Positions 31,059 through 41,779 of a stretch of DNA of 64,000 nucleotides are shown here, piece after piece. The number at the start of each line of letters is the position of its first letter. Position 1 is the stretch's first letter. The DNA is taken from assembly GCA_963737605.1 (NCBI GenBank), contig CAVTTE010000012.1:201744-265743 (forward strand), in the 5' to 3' direction. The position numbers and the translations under genes were made by a program. The DNA comes from an uncultured Actinomycetes bacterium. Lineage in GTDB: Bacteria > Actinomycetota > Acidimicrobiia > IMCC26256 > JACDBD01. Under the pieces are notes generated by a model, which had not been told where the DNA came from, did not search any database, and saw nothing but the letters and a program-made list of their open reading frames with translations.

Positions 31059-32606
31059 GTGACCTGGGATCCCGAGCTCGACGAGCTGCGGCGGCGGACC
31101 GAGCTGGCCGCCGCAATGGGCGGCGAGGAGAAGGTCGCCCGTCACCACGACGCCGGCAAGCTCACCGTCCGCGAGCGCATCGACGCGCTCGTCGACCCCG
31201 GCAGCTTCCACGAGGTCGGCGCGCTCACGGGAAGAGCCGAGTACGACGACGGGCAGCTGGCCGGCTTCACGCCCGCGAACTTCGTGATGGGCCGGGCCCG
31301 CATCGATGGCCGGCCCGTCGTCGTCGGCGGTGACGACTTCACCGTCCGCGGCGGCGCGGCCGACGCGTCGATCTTCCAGAAGCAGGTGCACGCCGAGCAG
31401 ATGGCGAACGAGCTGCGGCTGCCGATCGTCCGCCTCGTCGACGGCTCCGGCGGCGGCGGCTCGGTGAAGTCGATCGAGACGATGGCGCGCAGCTTCGTGC
31501 CGTTCAATCCCGGTTGGGAGTGGGTGGTCGAGAACCTCGCCACCGTGCCCGTCGTCGCGCTCTGCCTCGGATCCGTCGCCGGACTCGGCGCGGCACGCGT
31601 CGTCACGAGCCACTACTCGGTCATGGTGCGCGGCACGTCGCAGCTGTTCGTGGCGGGACCGCCGGTGGTCGCCCGCCTCGGTGAGCACGTCGACAAGGAG
31701 GAGCTCGGCGGCAGCGAGATCCACGGCCGCAACGGCGCCGTCGACGACGTGGTCGACACCGAGCACGACGCCTTTACGCGGGCGCGCGCGTTCCTCTCCT
31801 ATCTCCCCCGGTCGGTCGACGACCCGCCGCCCCGGGTCGAGCCGACCGACGACACCGAGCGCCGTGAAGGATGGCTGGTCGACGCGATTCCCCGCGACGC
31901 GCCGGCAGGTCTACAAGGTGCGCGCCATCATCGACGCGGTCGTCGACCGGGACTCGTTCCTCGAGATCGGCCGCGGGTACGGCCGGTCGGCGGTGACCGG
32001 CCTCGCCCGTCTCGACGGCTGGCCGGTGGCGGTACTGGCCGGTGACCCGTACTTCTACGGCGCCGGGTGGACCGCCGACGCGTCGCAGAAGGTCGACGCG
32101 CTTCGTCGATCTCGCCGACACGTTCCACCTCCCGGTCGTCCATTTCGTCGACAACCCCGGGTTCGTCATCGGTGTCGATGCCGAGCGTGCGGCGACGATC
32201 CGGCACGGCGCCCGCGCGCTCGCCGCCGTCTACCAGGCCCGGGTGCCGTGGTGCTCGGTGATCCTGCGCAAGGTGTACGGGGTCGCCGGCGCCGCGCACC
32301 AGAACGCGGCGCGGCTCAAGTACCGGTTCGCCTGGCCGTCGGGCGACTGGGGCAGCCTGCCGCTCGCCGGCGGTATCGAAGCCGCGTACAAGGCACAGCT
32401 CGACGCCGCCGACGACCCCGACGCGGTCCGGGCCGAGATCGAACAGCAGACTCGACGCGGCGCGCTCGCCGTTCCGCACCGCGGAGGTGTTCATGATCGA
32501 GGAGATCGTCGACCCGCGTGACACGCGGCCGTTGCTGTGCGAGTTCGCCAATCTCGCCGCGCCGGTTCGTGGCTCCGGTCCCACCGCGCGTGGCGCGCGC
32601 CCGTGA
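31059..32606 (+). CDS. Acyl-CoA carboxylase carboxyltransferase (beta) subunit (about 4 frameshifts)
   Basis: ORF 29916..32045 from GTG 31059 (HDAGKLTVRERIDALVDPGSF, DDFTVRGGAADAS, LPIVRLVDGSGGG), ORF 31681..32496, ORF 32042..32521 (HLPVVHFVDNPGFVIG, RKVYGVAGAAH), and a last frame ending EEIVDPRDTRPLLCEF...*. Confidence 0.8.
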
Positions 32607-32694
32607 GGTACGACCCTGTGCCTCACGTCACCTGGATCCCGCGCGAACCCGGGCATACCGTGACGCAAACGGCACCAGCCCATGGGGGGCACCG

Positions 32695-33944
32695 ATGGCA
32701 CAGCCGGCCGAGCAGACACTCGACTTCCTGAGCGTCGCGCTCACACCCGAGTTTCGCGACGACCCGTACCAGTTCTTCCGTCTGCTCCGCGAGCACGAGC
32801 CCGTGCACCAGACGCCGTTCGGCGTGTACCTCGTGAGCCGTCACGCCGACGCGGCGGCGATCGTGCGCGATCCGCACCTGAGCACCGACCAGCAGAACTC
32901 CGAGCTGTTCCGCGCCTTCGCCGAGGCCAATCCGCCTTCGGACGAGGACGCCATGGATCAAGATGAACAATGTCGTCATGCTGTTCATGGACCCGCCGGA
33001 TCACACGCGCCTGCGTGGCCTCGTGAGCAAGGCGTTCACGCCGAAGATGGTCGAGCGGCTCCGCGGCGCGCGTCCAGGAGATCGTCGACGAGCGGCTCGA
33101 CGAGGTCGAAGCCCGCGGCGACGGCCGCATGGACGTCGTGACCGACCTCGCGTACCCGCTCCCGGTCGTGATCATCTGCGAGCTGCTCGGCGTGCCGCCC
33201 GAGGACCACGCGACGTTCTCGGCGTGGTCGTCCGAGCTCGCGGCGAGCATCGATCCCGATCCGCTCATCTCGCCCGACCAGCGGGTGCGCATCGAGGCGG
33301 CCGGCAACGCGTTCCTCGAGTACTTCGGCGACCTCATCGAGCGGCGCCGCCGGTCGTTGCGCGACGACCTCCTGTCGGCGCTCATCGAGGCCGAGGAGGA
33401 TGGCGACCGGCTCAGCGAGGAGGAGCTGCTCGGCACCGCGCTCTTCCTCCTCATCGCCGGGCACGAGACGACCGTGAACCTGATCGGGAACGGAACGCTC
33501 GCCTTGCTGCAGCATCGCGACCAGCTCGAGCGCCTGCGCGACGACCCGTCCCTCGACCGGCACGCCGTCGAGGAGCTGCTGCGCTTCGACAGCCCGGTGC
33601 AACTGACGCAGCGCATCACGCTCGACGAGTACCAGCTGGGCGACGTCACGATCCCGAAGGGTCAGAACCTCGTCCCGATGCTCGGCGCCGCGAACCGCGA
33701 CCCCGCGGAGTTCGACGATCCCGACCGGCTCGACCTCGGCCGCGAGAACGCGAACCGTCACGTCGCCTTCGGGGGCGGGCACCATTTCTGTCTCGGCGCG
33801 GCGCTCGCGCGGCTCGAGGGCGCGGTTGCCATCGGGACACTCGTACGCCGGTTCCCGGACATCGAGCTCGCCGGCGAACCCGTGCGCAGGACCACGTTCA
33901 CACTCCGCGGTCTCGAGCACCTGCCGGTCGCGATCGCAAAGTGA
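32695..33944 (+). CDS. Cytochrome P450 (2 frameshifts near ~32950 and ~33070)
   Basis: ORFs 32518..33141 (from ATG 32695), 32963..33961 (MLFMDPPDHTRLRGLVSKAFTP) and 33129..33944 (LLIAGHETT, EELLRFDSP, heme loop FGGGHHFCLGAALAR). Confidence 0.9.
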
Positions 33945-34110
33945 CGCCCGGCACGGAGTGACGGGCGACACCAAGATTTCCGTGAGACTCCGGTAGCCGA
34001 TCGCTCAACTGCTGTTCGCTTCGCGCACGCCTCCGTGTGACCGGATCGACACGTGCCGTCGTTACCGTGCACTCGAAGCCGTACACCCGGTGGAGCACGA
34101 GGAGGCACGC

Positions 34111-34501
34111 ATGGATGCACTGCACGCCTGCGCACACCTGTCGCGCGTCGTCGCCCTGCCCGTGGCCGTCGCCGAGGCGGTGTTCGACGACGTGACGCGA
34201 TCGCTCGGCTCCTCAGTACGATACGGACCCGACCGCGCTCGGCACGTCCCTGCTGCCCGCACGCCGGATCCGCACACGACTCGGGTCACACATCCCCTGG
34301 GCCGGAGTACCCGTCGAGGTCGAGCTCGCGCCGTGGTCGAGAAGCCGGACCGAGGTCGGCGTGCGCTACGCCGGGAGCCGCCACCCGCGTGCCCTCGCCC
34401 GCCACGTGTACGAGAAGCGCGCCCCCGCGCTCCTCGACGAGATCACCGACTCGATCAACGCCCGGCTGCCCGGATCGAGGGCGCGACGTCAGGCGGCCTG
34501 A
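34111..34501 (+). CDS. Hypothetical protein (one frameshift near ~34230)
   Basis: ATG 34111 lies 7 nt after GAGGAGG. The head of ORF 34090..36102 (MDALHACAHLSRVVALPVAVAEAVFDDVTRSLG) is followed by another frame (GVPVEVELAPWSRSRTEVGVRYAGSRHPRALARHVYEKRAPALLDEITDSINARL...*). No family recognised. Confidence 0.35.
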
Positions 34502-34502
34502 G

Positions 34503-35370
34503 CTACGCCTCTCCCGGTTCGGGCTTCGGCGGCGGGAACGATGTCCGCACGACGCGATCCCAGCCCCGGTCGGTGGTCATCGCCCGAGTGACGAGGAACA
34601 TGCGGGCGCCGGCCGTGACCCGGTACCGCGGGCGCGGGGACCGGCGCCGGAGCGCACGCTCGATCACCTTCGCCACACGTTCGGGCGCGGCCGCGAGCAT
34701 CGCCATCGGTCCTTCGTACGCGCCGGCAGTACGGGTTGCGACGCCGGCCATGAACTCGGCGTACGGCCCGTCGCGCACCGCGGTCGGCGACCGTCGACAC
34801 CGCGGTGTCACCGAACTTCGTCTTGATGAGCCCGGGCTCGATCACCGACACGCGCACGCCGAACGGCTTGACCTCGTAGCGGAGGGCGTCGCTCATCGCC
34901 TCCACCGCGTGTTTGCTGGCGTGGTACGCGCCGGCTCCCGGGAACGTGAGCCGGCCGCCGATCGAGCTGACGTTGGCGATGCGTCCCCACCGTTGGCGGC
35001 GCATCGCCGGGAGCGCGAGCTGGGTCAGGTGGATCATGCCGAACAGGTTCGTCTCGAACTGGCGCCGCCATTCGTCGAGGGGGACCTCCTCGACCGGACC
35101 TCCCAGGCTGAAACCCGCGTTGTTGACGAGCGCGCCGACTGCCCCCTCCGCCCCCTCGACCTCGGCGATCGCGGCACGGCGGGACGCTTCGTCGGCCACG
35201 TCGAGCGTGAGCAGCTTGCAGCCGGCGTCGGCGAGATCGGTGATCGACTCCGGCCGCCGAGCCGACGCGTACACGGTCCAGCCCCGACGGGCGAGGCGCT
35301 CGGCGGTCGCGCGCCCGATCCCGGTCGAGCAGCCGGTGACGAGCACGGCCTTCGACACGGCCTCGGACAC
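34503..35370 (-). CDS. Short-chain dehydrogenase/reductase (SDR) (one frameshift near ~34805)
   Basis: ORF 34489..35370 (VLVTGCSTGIGRA, NNAG, catalytic YHASKHAVEA) continues in ORF 34503..34811. Confidence 0.85.
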
Positions 35371-35406
35371 GTCCGCACGGTAGCCGAGCTTCTAGAATCG
35401 CTCACC

Positions 35407-36102
35407 GTGTCGCATTGGCTGAAGACCCCCCACTGGTCGTCCGACATCCCGCTCGAGAGCTCGCATCCGCGCCTCGACGCGCTCGACGACCGCGGCTACG
35501 TCCGGCTGCGCGACTTGCAGCAGCCCATCCCCGAGCCCGAATACCTCTCGCTCGAGTACATGGACTGGAAGAGCGGCGGCGACACCAACTTCGCGCCGAT
35601 CGCCACCGCCGACGGCGAGCTCGACTGCCGCGGGTTCTGGAAGCCGGGCGACGAGCGCCCCGACAAGGACGGCAAGTTCACGGTCAACGCCGAGCGTTGC
35701 CCCGAGATCAAGCGCTACGTCGAGTCGGTCGGGGCGAACTTCGGGCGGGTGCGGGTGATCAAGCTCGAGCCCCAGGACTACGACACCGCCCGTCGCCAGA
35801 TGCATCGCGACGACAACAACCGCTTCAACCCGTCCGATCAGGGGTGGGTCGTGCGGTCGTGGCTCGAGCTCACGGACTATCCCGACAGCTTCATGATGCT
35901 GATGGAGCAGAACGAGGACGGGCTGCCGGACCCGGACACCGAGGTCCACATCCCGCTGCATCGCGGCTCCCAGTTCCTGCTCGACACCCAGCGCCTCTGG
36001 CACGTCGTGTGCCACACCGGTGACGCCCCCCGCTACGCCCTCATCTCGAGCTTCGAGAGCGGCCCCGCCCTCGAGCGCTGGGTCGACCGCGAGCTCCCGT
36101 AG
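35407..36102 (+). CDS. Hypothetical protein, possibly a cupin-fold Fe(II)/2OG oxygenase (Asp/Asn beta-hydroxylase-like)
   Basis: Intact tail of ORF 34090..36102 from GTG 35407. Candidate metal triad: HRD (QMHRDDNN) ... LWHVVCH, followed by RYALISSF. The fold assignment is weak and rests on pattern only. Confidence 0.4.
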   Translation: MSHWLKTPHWSSDIPLESSHPRLDALDDRGYVRLRDLQQPIPEPEYLSLEYMDWKSGGDTNFAPIATADGELDCRGFWKPGDERPDKDGKFTVNAERCPEIKRYVESVGANFGRVRVIKLEPQDYDTARRQMHRDDNNRFNPSDQGWVVRSWLELTDYPDSFMMLMEQNEDGLPDPDTEVHIPLHRGSQFLLDTQRLWHVVCHTGDAPRYALISSFESGPALERWVDRELP

Positions 36103-36206
36103 ACCGAGGATCTGAGTAGCCGGTACTCAGGCCAGGTCCGGCCGGTCGTGCTTTCCTGTCCACGACGGAAGAGCAGGGTGGACTGATCGCGGGCAAGGAG
36201 CGAGCG

Positions 36207-36845
36207 ATGGGCATGTTCAAGAAGTTCAAGCAGATGACCGGATCCGTCGACAAGGACCTGCTGAAGAACGGGCTGCTCGGCCGGGGCGTGATCGTCGACG
36301 TCCAGCAGACCAACGTGAGCACCGGCGGCGACGACGCCTTCTCCCGTCCGGTGTGCGTGTTCACGGTCGAGGTCTCGCTCGACAACGTGCCGGCGTACAC
36401 GGCCACCTGCCGGCAGTCGGTGCCGATCACCGTCCTGCCCCAGTTCGTTCCCGGGCAGACCGTGGCCGCGGTGCGCGTGAACCCCGACAACCACGACGAG
36501 ATCGCGCTCGACCTCGCCACCGAGCCCCCCGAGGTGACGATCGCCCAGGGACAGGGCGCGAGCGCCGCCGAGGTGCTCGAACGGGGCGACCCGGTGCGGG
36601 CGGTGATCGTGCAGACGCAGCCGCTGGGCATGAAGAACCAGCACGGCGTCGACGTGCACGCGTTCGTGCTGACCGTCATGCGCGACGGTCAGAAGCCCTA
36701 CCAGGCCAAGGTGGGCAACCCGGTGCCGGACGACGCCGTGCCGCTGTTGTTCAACGGCTCGAACCTGCCGGCCAAGGTCCTGCCCGAGGAGCCCGAGGGT
36801 GTCGTCATCGACTTCAAGGCGGCGCTCGCGGAGTTCACGAAGTAG
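36207..36845 (+). CDS. Hypothetical protein with an internal two-fold domain duplication
   Basis: Intact ORF 36207..36845. The two halves align by eye: GRGVIVDVQQT...VCVFTVEVSLDNVPAYTATCRQSVP..AAVRVNPDNHDEIALDL versus GDPVRAVIVQTQ...VHAFVLTVMRDGQKPYQAKVGNPVP..LPAKVLPEEPEGVVIDF. Confidence 0.5.
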   Translation: MGMFKKFKQMTGSVDKDLLKNGLLGRGVIVDVQQTNVSTGGDDAFSRPVCVFTVEVSLDNVPAYTATCRQSVPITVLPQFVPGQTVAAVRVNPDNHDEIALDLATEPPEVTIAQGQGASAAEVLERGDPVRAVIVQTQPLGMKNQHGVDVHAFVLTVMRDGQKPYQAKVGNPVPDDAVPLLFNGSNLPAKVLPEEPEGVVIDFKAALAEFTK

Positions 36846-36854
36846 CGCTCCGCG

Positions 36855-37778
36855 CTACGCCAACGTGTGGTCGAGCGCGGCGGCGAGCTCGTCGGGGACT
36901 TCGAGCATCGGGTAATGCCCGACGTCGCGTAGCCGTACCAGCGTCGCGTCCGGGCGCGCGGCGTGCACACGCTCGGCCATCGGCCAGACCGCGATGGGAT
37001 CGACGTCGCCCCAGACGATCGTCAGCGGTGACGGATGCTGCTCGATCGCGCCGGTCCAGCGGCCTTCGTGCTCGCGACGCTCCTCGACGTAGCGGATCGT
37101 GCGCGGCAGCAGGAGGTCGCCGCCGTCCCGGAGGATGAGCTCGGCGCCGACCTGGAGGTCGTCGTCGGGCACGACCGCGTCCGGAGCGAACGTGCCTCGG
37201 AGCGCGTCGACGAGCGCGTCGCGTCCGAGCCCCTCGGCCAGCCGCTCGTCGGGCAACGAGAGCAGCAGCTGCTGCCCGTCGGTGAGGTGGGCCATGTCGA
37301 TGTAGACGGAGCCGTTCGTCAGGACGCGGCTCGTCACCTCGAACGAGAGGGTCCCGTCGAGGCTGCGGGCGAGGAGCTCTCCGCCGACCGAGTCGCCCAT
37401 GTCGTGGGTGAGCAGCGAGACCTCGTCGAGCCCGAGGTCGCGGGCGACCGCCTCGACCAGGTCCGCCTGGTCGAAGAGCGAATAGCGCTGGTCGGGCTTG
37501 TCCGACAGGCCGAAGCCGAGGAGATCGGGCAGCACGACGCGGCGGCGCCGCGCGAAGCGGTCGAGCACGCGGTGCCAGTCGTGCGATGAGGTCGGAAAGC
37601 CGTGCAGCACGAGGACGGGCGGAGCATCGTCGCCGCCGTCGGCTGGTCCGCGATCGACGACGAACACGCGGTGCCCCGAGCACCTGGTGATGCTCGCCTC
37701 GCTCGGCCCACATTGCGACGCGTTCGTCTCCGGGCACCACGGCAGCATCGTAAGCTCCGCCGCCGTGCCGGTGATCAC
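36855..37778 (-). CDS. Alpha/beta hydrolase fold protein
   Basis: Intact ORF 36855..37778 (VLVLHGFPTSSHDW, nucleophile elbow THDMGDSVG, C-terminal GHYPMLE). The start may be Met11 (37748). Confidence 0.8.
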   Translation of the reverse strand: MITGTAAELTMLPWCPETNASQCGPSEASITRCSGHRVFVVDRGPADGGDDAPPVLVLHGFPTSSHDWHRVLDRFARRRRVVLPDLLGFGLSDKPDQRYSLFDQADLVEAVARDLGLDEVSLLTHDMGDSVGGELLARSLDGTLSFEVTSRVLTNGSVYIDMAHLTDGQQLLLSLPDERLAEGLGRDALVDALRGTFAPDAVVPDDDLQVGAELILRDGGDLLLPRTIRYVEERREHEGRWTGAIEQHPSPLTIVWGDVDPIAVWPMAERVHAARPDATLVRLRDVGHYPMLEVPDELAAALDHTLA

Positions 37779-39383
37779 CGCTCAGAACCGCAAGTGGTGG
37801 GTCGTCATCGCGATGTCGGGCGTGATGATCCTGCTCACCGTCGACTTCTTCGGAATCACCGTCGCGCTCCCCCGCATCGGCGACGACCTCGACGCGTCCA
37901 CGACCACCCTGCTATGGACCGTGAACGCGTACCTGCTCGCGTTCGTGTCACCGATGATCGCCATCGGACGCTTCGCCGACATCTTCGGCCGTCGGCGGAT
38001 GGCGCTCATCGGCATCGTGCTGTTCGTGGCGGCGTCGGCGGCGTGTGCGGGGGCGCCGACCGTGCTGTTCCTCATCGCGGCCCGGGTCGTGCAGGGCGTG
38101 GGCGGCGGGATCATCTTCACGGTGTCGGTGTCGATCGTGAACAACGCCTTCGCGCCCGACGAACGGGCCAAAGCGCTCGGCATCTGGTCGGGCGTCGGCC
38201 TCGCCGGCTCCGCGCTCGGGCCCTTCCTGGCCGGCATCCTCACCGAGTTCGCGTCGTGGCGATGGTTCTTCTTCCTCAACGTCCCGATCGGGATCGTGAC
38301 GTTCTTCATCACGGTGGCGGCCGTCGAGGAGTCCCGCGACCCCACCTTCACGGGCGGAATCGACTGGACCGGGTTCGCGACCCTGACCGTCGGGTTCGTG
38401 TTGACGATCGTCGGCCTCCAACAGGCGAGCAACGAGGGATGGGGCACCGTCGTCGTCCTCGGGCCGATCGTGATCGGCGTCGTGTTCCTCGCCGTGTTCG
38501 CGTCATCGAGCTCCGGTTGAAACGGCGCGTCCCACTGGTGCAGTTCTCGCTGTTCCGCGACCTGCGGTTTGCGGGCGCGTCGGTGGTGGCCTTCATCGGG
38601 AACTGGATGTTCGGCGTGATCCTCTTCTTCCTCACGCTGTACCTGCAGAACGTGCTTGATCTGAGTCCCCTCGCGGCGGGGGGCATATTCCTGTTCTTCA
38701 GCGTGCCGTTGGTCGTGATGTCGCCCGTCGGCGGCCGGCTCGTCTCGCGGTTCGGCTCCCAGGAGCTGATGGCGGTCGGCATCGCGCTCGTCGCCGTGGG
38801 GATGTTCTTCTTCACCCTGATCGACGCCGACAGCGGGATCGGGTTCGTCCTGATCGGGCTTGTGATCGCCGGGTTCGGGCAGGGCTTCGCCTACAACATC
38901 TCGAACACGGCCGGCATGGAGTCGATGCCGGACGAGAAGGCCGGCATCGCGTCGGGGGTCCTGCAGACGGCGCGGCTGATGGGCATCGTGATCGGCCTCG
39001 CCCTCTCGAGCTCCCTGTTCACGAGCCTCGAGAACAGCGAACTGCTCACGCAGGCCCGGGCCCGCGGCGCCAGCGCGGCAGACATCGAGGATGTGCGCGG
39101 CCTGCTCTCGGGATCCACCTCCGCCGAGCAGCACGTCAAGACGCTGACGGGGGCGCCGCGCGCTCTCGTCGAACAGATCACCGACATCGCGTTCACGCAC
39201 GCCCTCCGGTACGTGATGCTGGTCGGTGTGCTGCTCTGCCTCGCATGCATCTGGCCCGCCCTCTGGGGTCGACGCAAGCCGGCGCCCGCCGGCGAGCATC
39301 CGAAGACCGCACATCCACTCTGGGCCTCGCTATGGCGACGTCACCACCGCCGCGTTCCCGCCGGTTCGACGCCGGGGGCGTGA
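37765..39383 (+). CDS. MFS transporter, DHA2 (EmrB/QacA, 14-TMS) type (one frameshift near ~38500; 3' end may be shorter)
   Basis: ORF 37498..38520 from GTG 37765 (TVALPRIGDDL, GRFADIFGRRRM, ARVVQGVGGG) continues in ORF 37602..39383 (further TMS). Confidence 0.8.
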
Positions 39384-40199
39384 ACCTCGCCGTGCACGAG
39401 TGGGGTGGCGACGGCCACCCCGTCCTGCTCGCGCACCCGACCGGCTTCCACGGGTTGACGTGGGCGCCGGTTGCGGCGCGGCTCGTGGCGCGTGGTCGAC
39501 ACGTCTGGTCGTTCGACTACCGAGGACACGGCGACAGCGACCGCTCGCCCGACGGATACCAATGGTCCGAGTTCGCCGACGACGTGATGGCCGTCGTGCG
39601 GGAACTCGAACTGGCCGGCGAGTCGACCCTGCTCGCGTGCGGTCATTCGAAGGGCGCCGCCTCGCTTCTCCTCGGCGAAGCGCGTGAGCCCGGCACGTTC
39701 GCCCGGCTGTGGTGCTACGAGCCGATCGTGTTCCCGACTGACGACCCGCTCCCGCCCCAGGACGACTTCCCGCTCGCGGAAGGCGCGCGACGACGCCGGG
39801 CGGTGTGGTCGTCGCGCGACGAGGCATTCGCGTCGTACGGGTCGAAGCCGCCGCTCGACGTGCTCGATCCGGACGCGCTGCGCGCCTACGTGGACTTACG
39901 GCCTCCGCGATCGCCCCGACGGTCAGGTCGAGCTGAAATGCCGCCCGGAGGACGAAGCGGCGATCTACGCGATGGGCACCGCCAACGGCGTGTACCCGCG
40001 CCTTCGTGAAGTGCGCTGCCCGACGGTCGTCGTGTGCGGCGAGCACACCGACGCCATCCCGCCCAGGCTCGGCGAGATGATCGTCGAACGCCTTCCGGCC
40101 GGCCGGCTCGAGGTCATGCCCGGTGTCGGCCACTTCGGACCGATGCAGGACCCGGACGCGACCGTCGAGTCGATGCTCCGCTTCGCGGCTGCCACCTGA
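39332..40199 (+). CDS. Alpha/beta hydrolase (one frameshift near ~39895)
   Basis: ORF 39245..40009 from ATG 39332 (VLLAHPTGFHG, YRGHGDS, GHSKGA) continues in ORF 39684..40199 (GVGHFGPMQDP). Confidence 0.8.
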
Positions 40200-40221
40200 C
40201 TCCACCGGTAGCGTCACTCGC

Positions 40222-40713
40222 ATGTTCCGAGAACGGAACGCGGCCCGCGTGGTGCTGGTCGCCGACGGGCACGTGCTGCTCCAGCACGGGTTCGATCCCG
40301 GTCGGCCCGAGGCCGGGTCGTGGTGGATCACGCCCGGCGGCGGGCTGAACGACGGCGAATCCATCGAGGACGGGGCGGTGCGTGAGGTCTTCGAGGAGAC
40401 CGGCCTTCGTCTCTCGGCCACGCAGCTGGGGCCTGTGATCGCAACACGCGTCGCGTACTTCGAGTTCGAGCAGCGGCAGTTCCGCCAGAGCGAGTCGTTC
40501 TTCGCAGTGAGCGTCGAGGCGTTCACTCCCGAGCATCACGGGTGGGACGAGGTCGAGCAGCGCGCGCTCCTGGATCACCGGTGGTGGAGCGTCGACGAGC
40601 TGCGGACGACCGACGAGACCTTCTACCCCAAGGCGCTCCCCGACCTGGTGCAGGCGGTACTCGACGGCACGATCCAGGAGACCATCCGGCTGCCAACGGC
40701 CGAGGAGTACTGA
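40222..40713 (+). CDS. NUDIX hydrolase
   Basis: ORF 40123..40713 from ATG 40222. Nudix box: GGGLNDGESIEDGAVREVFEETGL. Confidence 0.85.
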   Translation: MFRERNAARVVLVADGHVLLQHGFDPGRPEAGSWWITPGGGLNDGESIEDGAVREVFEETGLRLSATQLGPVIATRVAYFEFEQRQFRQSESFFAVSVEAFTPEHHGWDEVEQRALLDHRWWSVDELRTTDETFYPKALPDLVQAVLDGTIQETIRLPTAEEY

Positions 40714-40726
40714 GATCCGGGACCGA

Positions 40727-40936
40727 TCACGCCTTGGTTGCCGTGAGGAACGCGACCTCGGTCGTGATCGTGAACTGCCCTTCCCGGCGGATCCGCGCCG
40801 TGATCGCGTCAGCCAGCTCGTCGACGAGCTCCTCCTGTCGATGGCCGACGGCCTGCGCACGCGCCTCGAAACCGGACGGATCCGCGTACGCGACCTCGCG
40901 CAAGTAGCGGGAATCGGCCCGCTTGGGCTGCGGCAT
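40727..40936 (-). CDS. Small hypothetical protein (69 aa)
   Basis: Intact ORF 40727..40936. It has plausible composition but no recognisable motif. Confidence 0.35.
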   Translation of the reverse strand: MPQPKRADSRYLREVAYADPSGFEARAQAVGHRQEELVDELADAITARIRREGQFTITTEVAFLTATKA

Positions 40937-40954
40937 TGCGCCACCCTAGGGGTC

Positions 40955-41779
40955 GTGCCATACGACCCGACGATCTACCAAGGGAGCGCGCCGTACTACG
41001 CGCGCGGGCGTCCGCCGTACTCGCAGGAGCTGGTTGCGACACTGACGGACGAGGTGGGGCTGGACGGCACCGGTCGGCTGCTCGACGTCGGGTGCGGGCC
41101 CGGCATCCTCACGGTCGAGCTCGCGCCGTCGTTCGACGAGGCGATCGGTCTCGATCCGGACGCGGACATGCTCGCCGAGGGCGAACGCCGCGCCCGCGAG
41201 GCCGGGATCGACAACATCCGCTGGGTCCAGGCGGTCGCCGAAGCGATCCCCTCGCTCGACCTTGGTCCATGCCGGCTCGTGACGTTCGGCCAGTCGTACC
41301 AGTGGACGGACCAGGTCCCCGTCGCCGAAGCCGTCTACGACATTCTCGAGCCGGGCGGCGCGCTCGCCCTCGTCGTGAACACCGTGGAAGGTCGGCCCGA
41401 GCCGGAGGGACCCGGCTACCCGCCGATTCCCCACGACGAGATCCGCGAGATCATCCGCCGATACCTGGGACCGCGCCGGCGCGCCGGCCAGGGATACCGG
41501 CCCGACACATACGAACGCTACGAGGACGCCCTCAGGCGCACCCGGTTCGGCGCGCCTCGCGTCGTGTTCGCGCCCGGCCGGCCCGACGTCGTCCGCGACG
41601 TCGACGGCGTGCTCGCCGGCTTCCTCTCGATGTCGTTCGCCTCGCCCCACCTCTTCGGCGACCGGCTCGGCGCGTTCGAGGCCGACGTGCGCGCGCTGCT
41701 GACCGAGCGATCCCCCACCGGCTTGTTCTGGGACTGGCCCGGCGACACCGAGATCCTCCTCGCCCACAAGCCTGGCTAG
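40955..41779 (+). CDS. Class I SAM-dependent methyltransferase
   Basis: ORF 40841..41779. Motif I is LLDVGCGPGILT, followed by LEPGGALALV. The GTG start at 40955 is inferred because it avoids overlap with the divergent small ORF. Confidence 0.8.
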   Translation: MPYDPTIYQGSAPYYARGRPPYSQELVATLTDEVGLDGTGRLLDVGCGPGILTVELAPSFDEAIGLDPDADMLAEGERRAREAGIDNIRWVQAVAEAIPSLDLGPCRLVTFGQSYQWTDQVPVAEAVYDILEPGGALALVVNTVEGRPEPEGPGYPPIPHDEIREIIRRYLGPRRRAGQGYRPDTYERYEDALRRTRFGAPRVVFAPGRPDVVRDVDGVLAGFLSMSFASPHLFGDRLGAFEADVRALLTERSPTGLFWDWPGDTEILLAHKPG

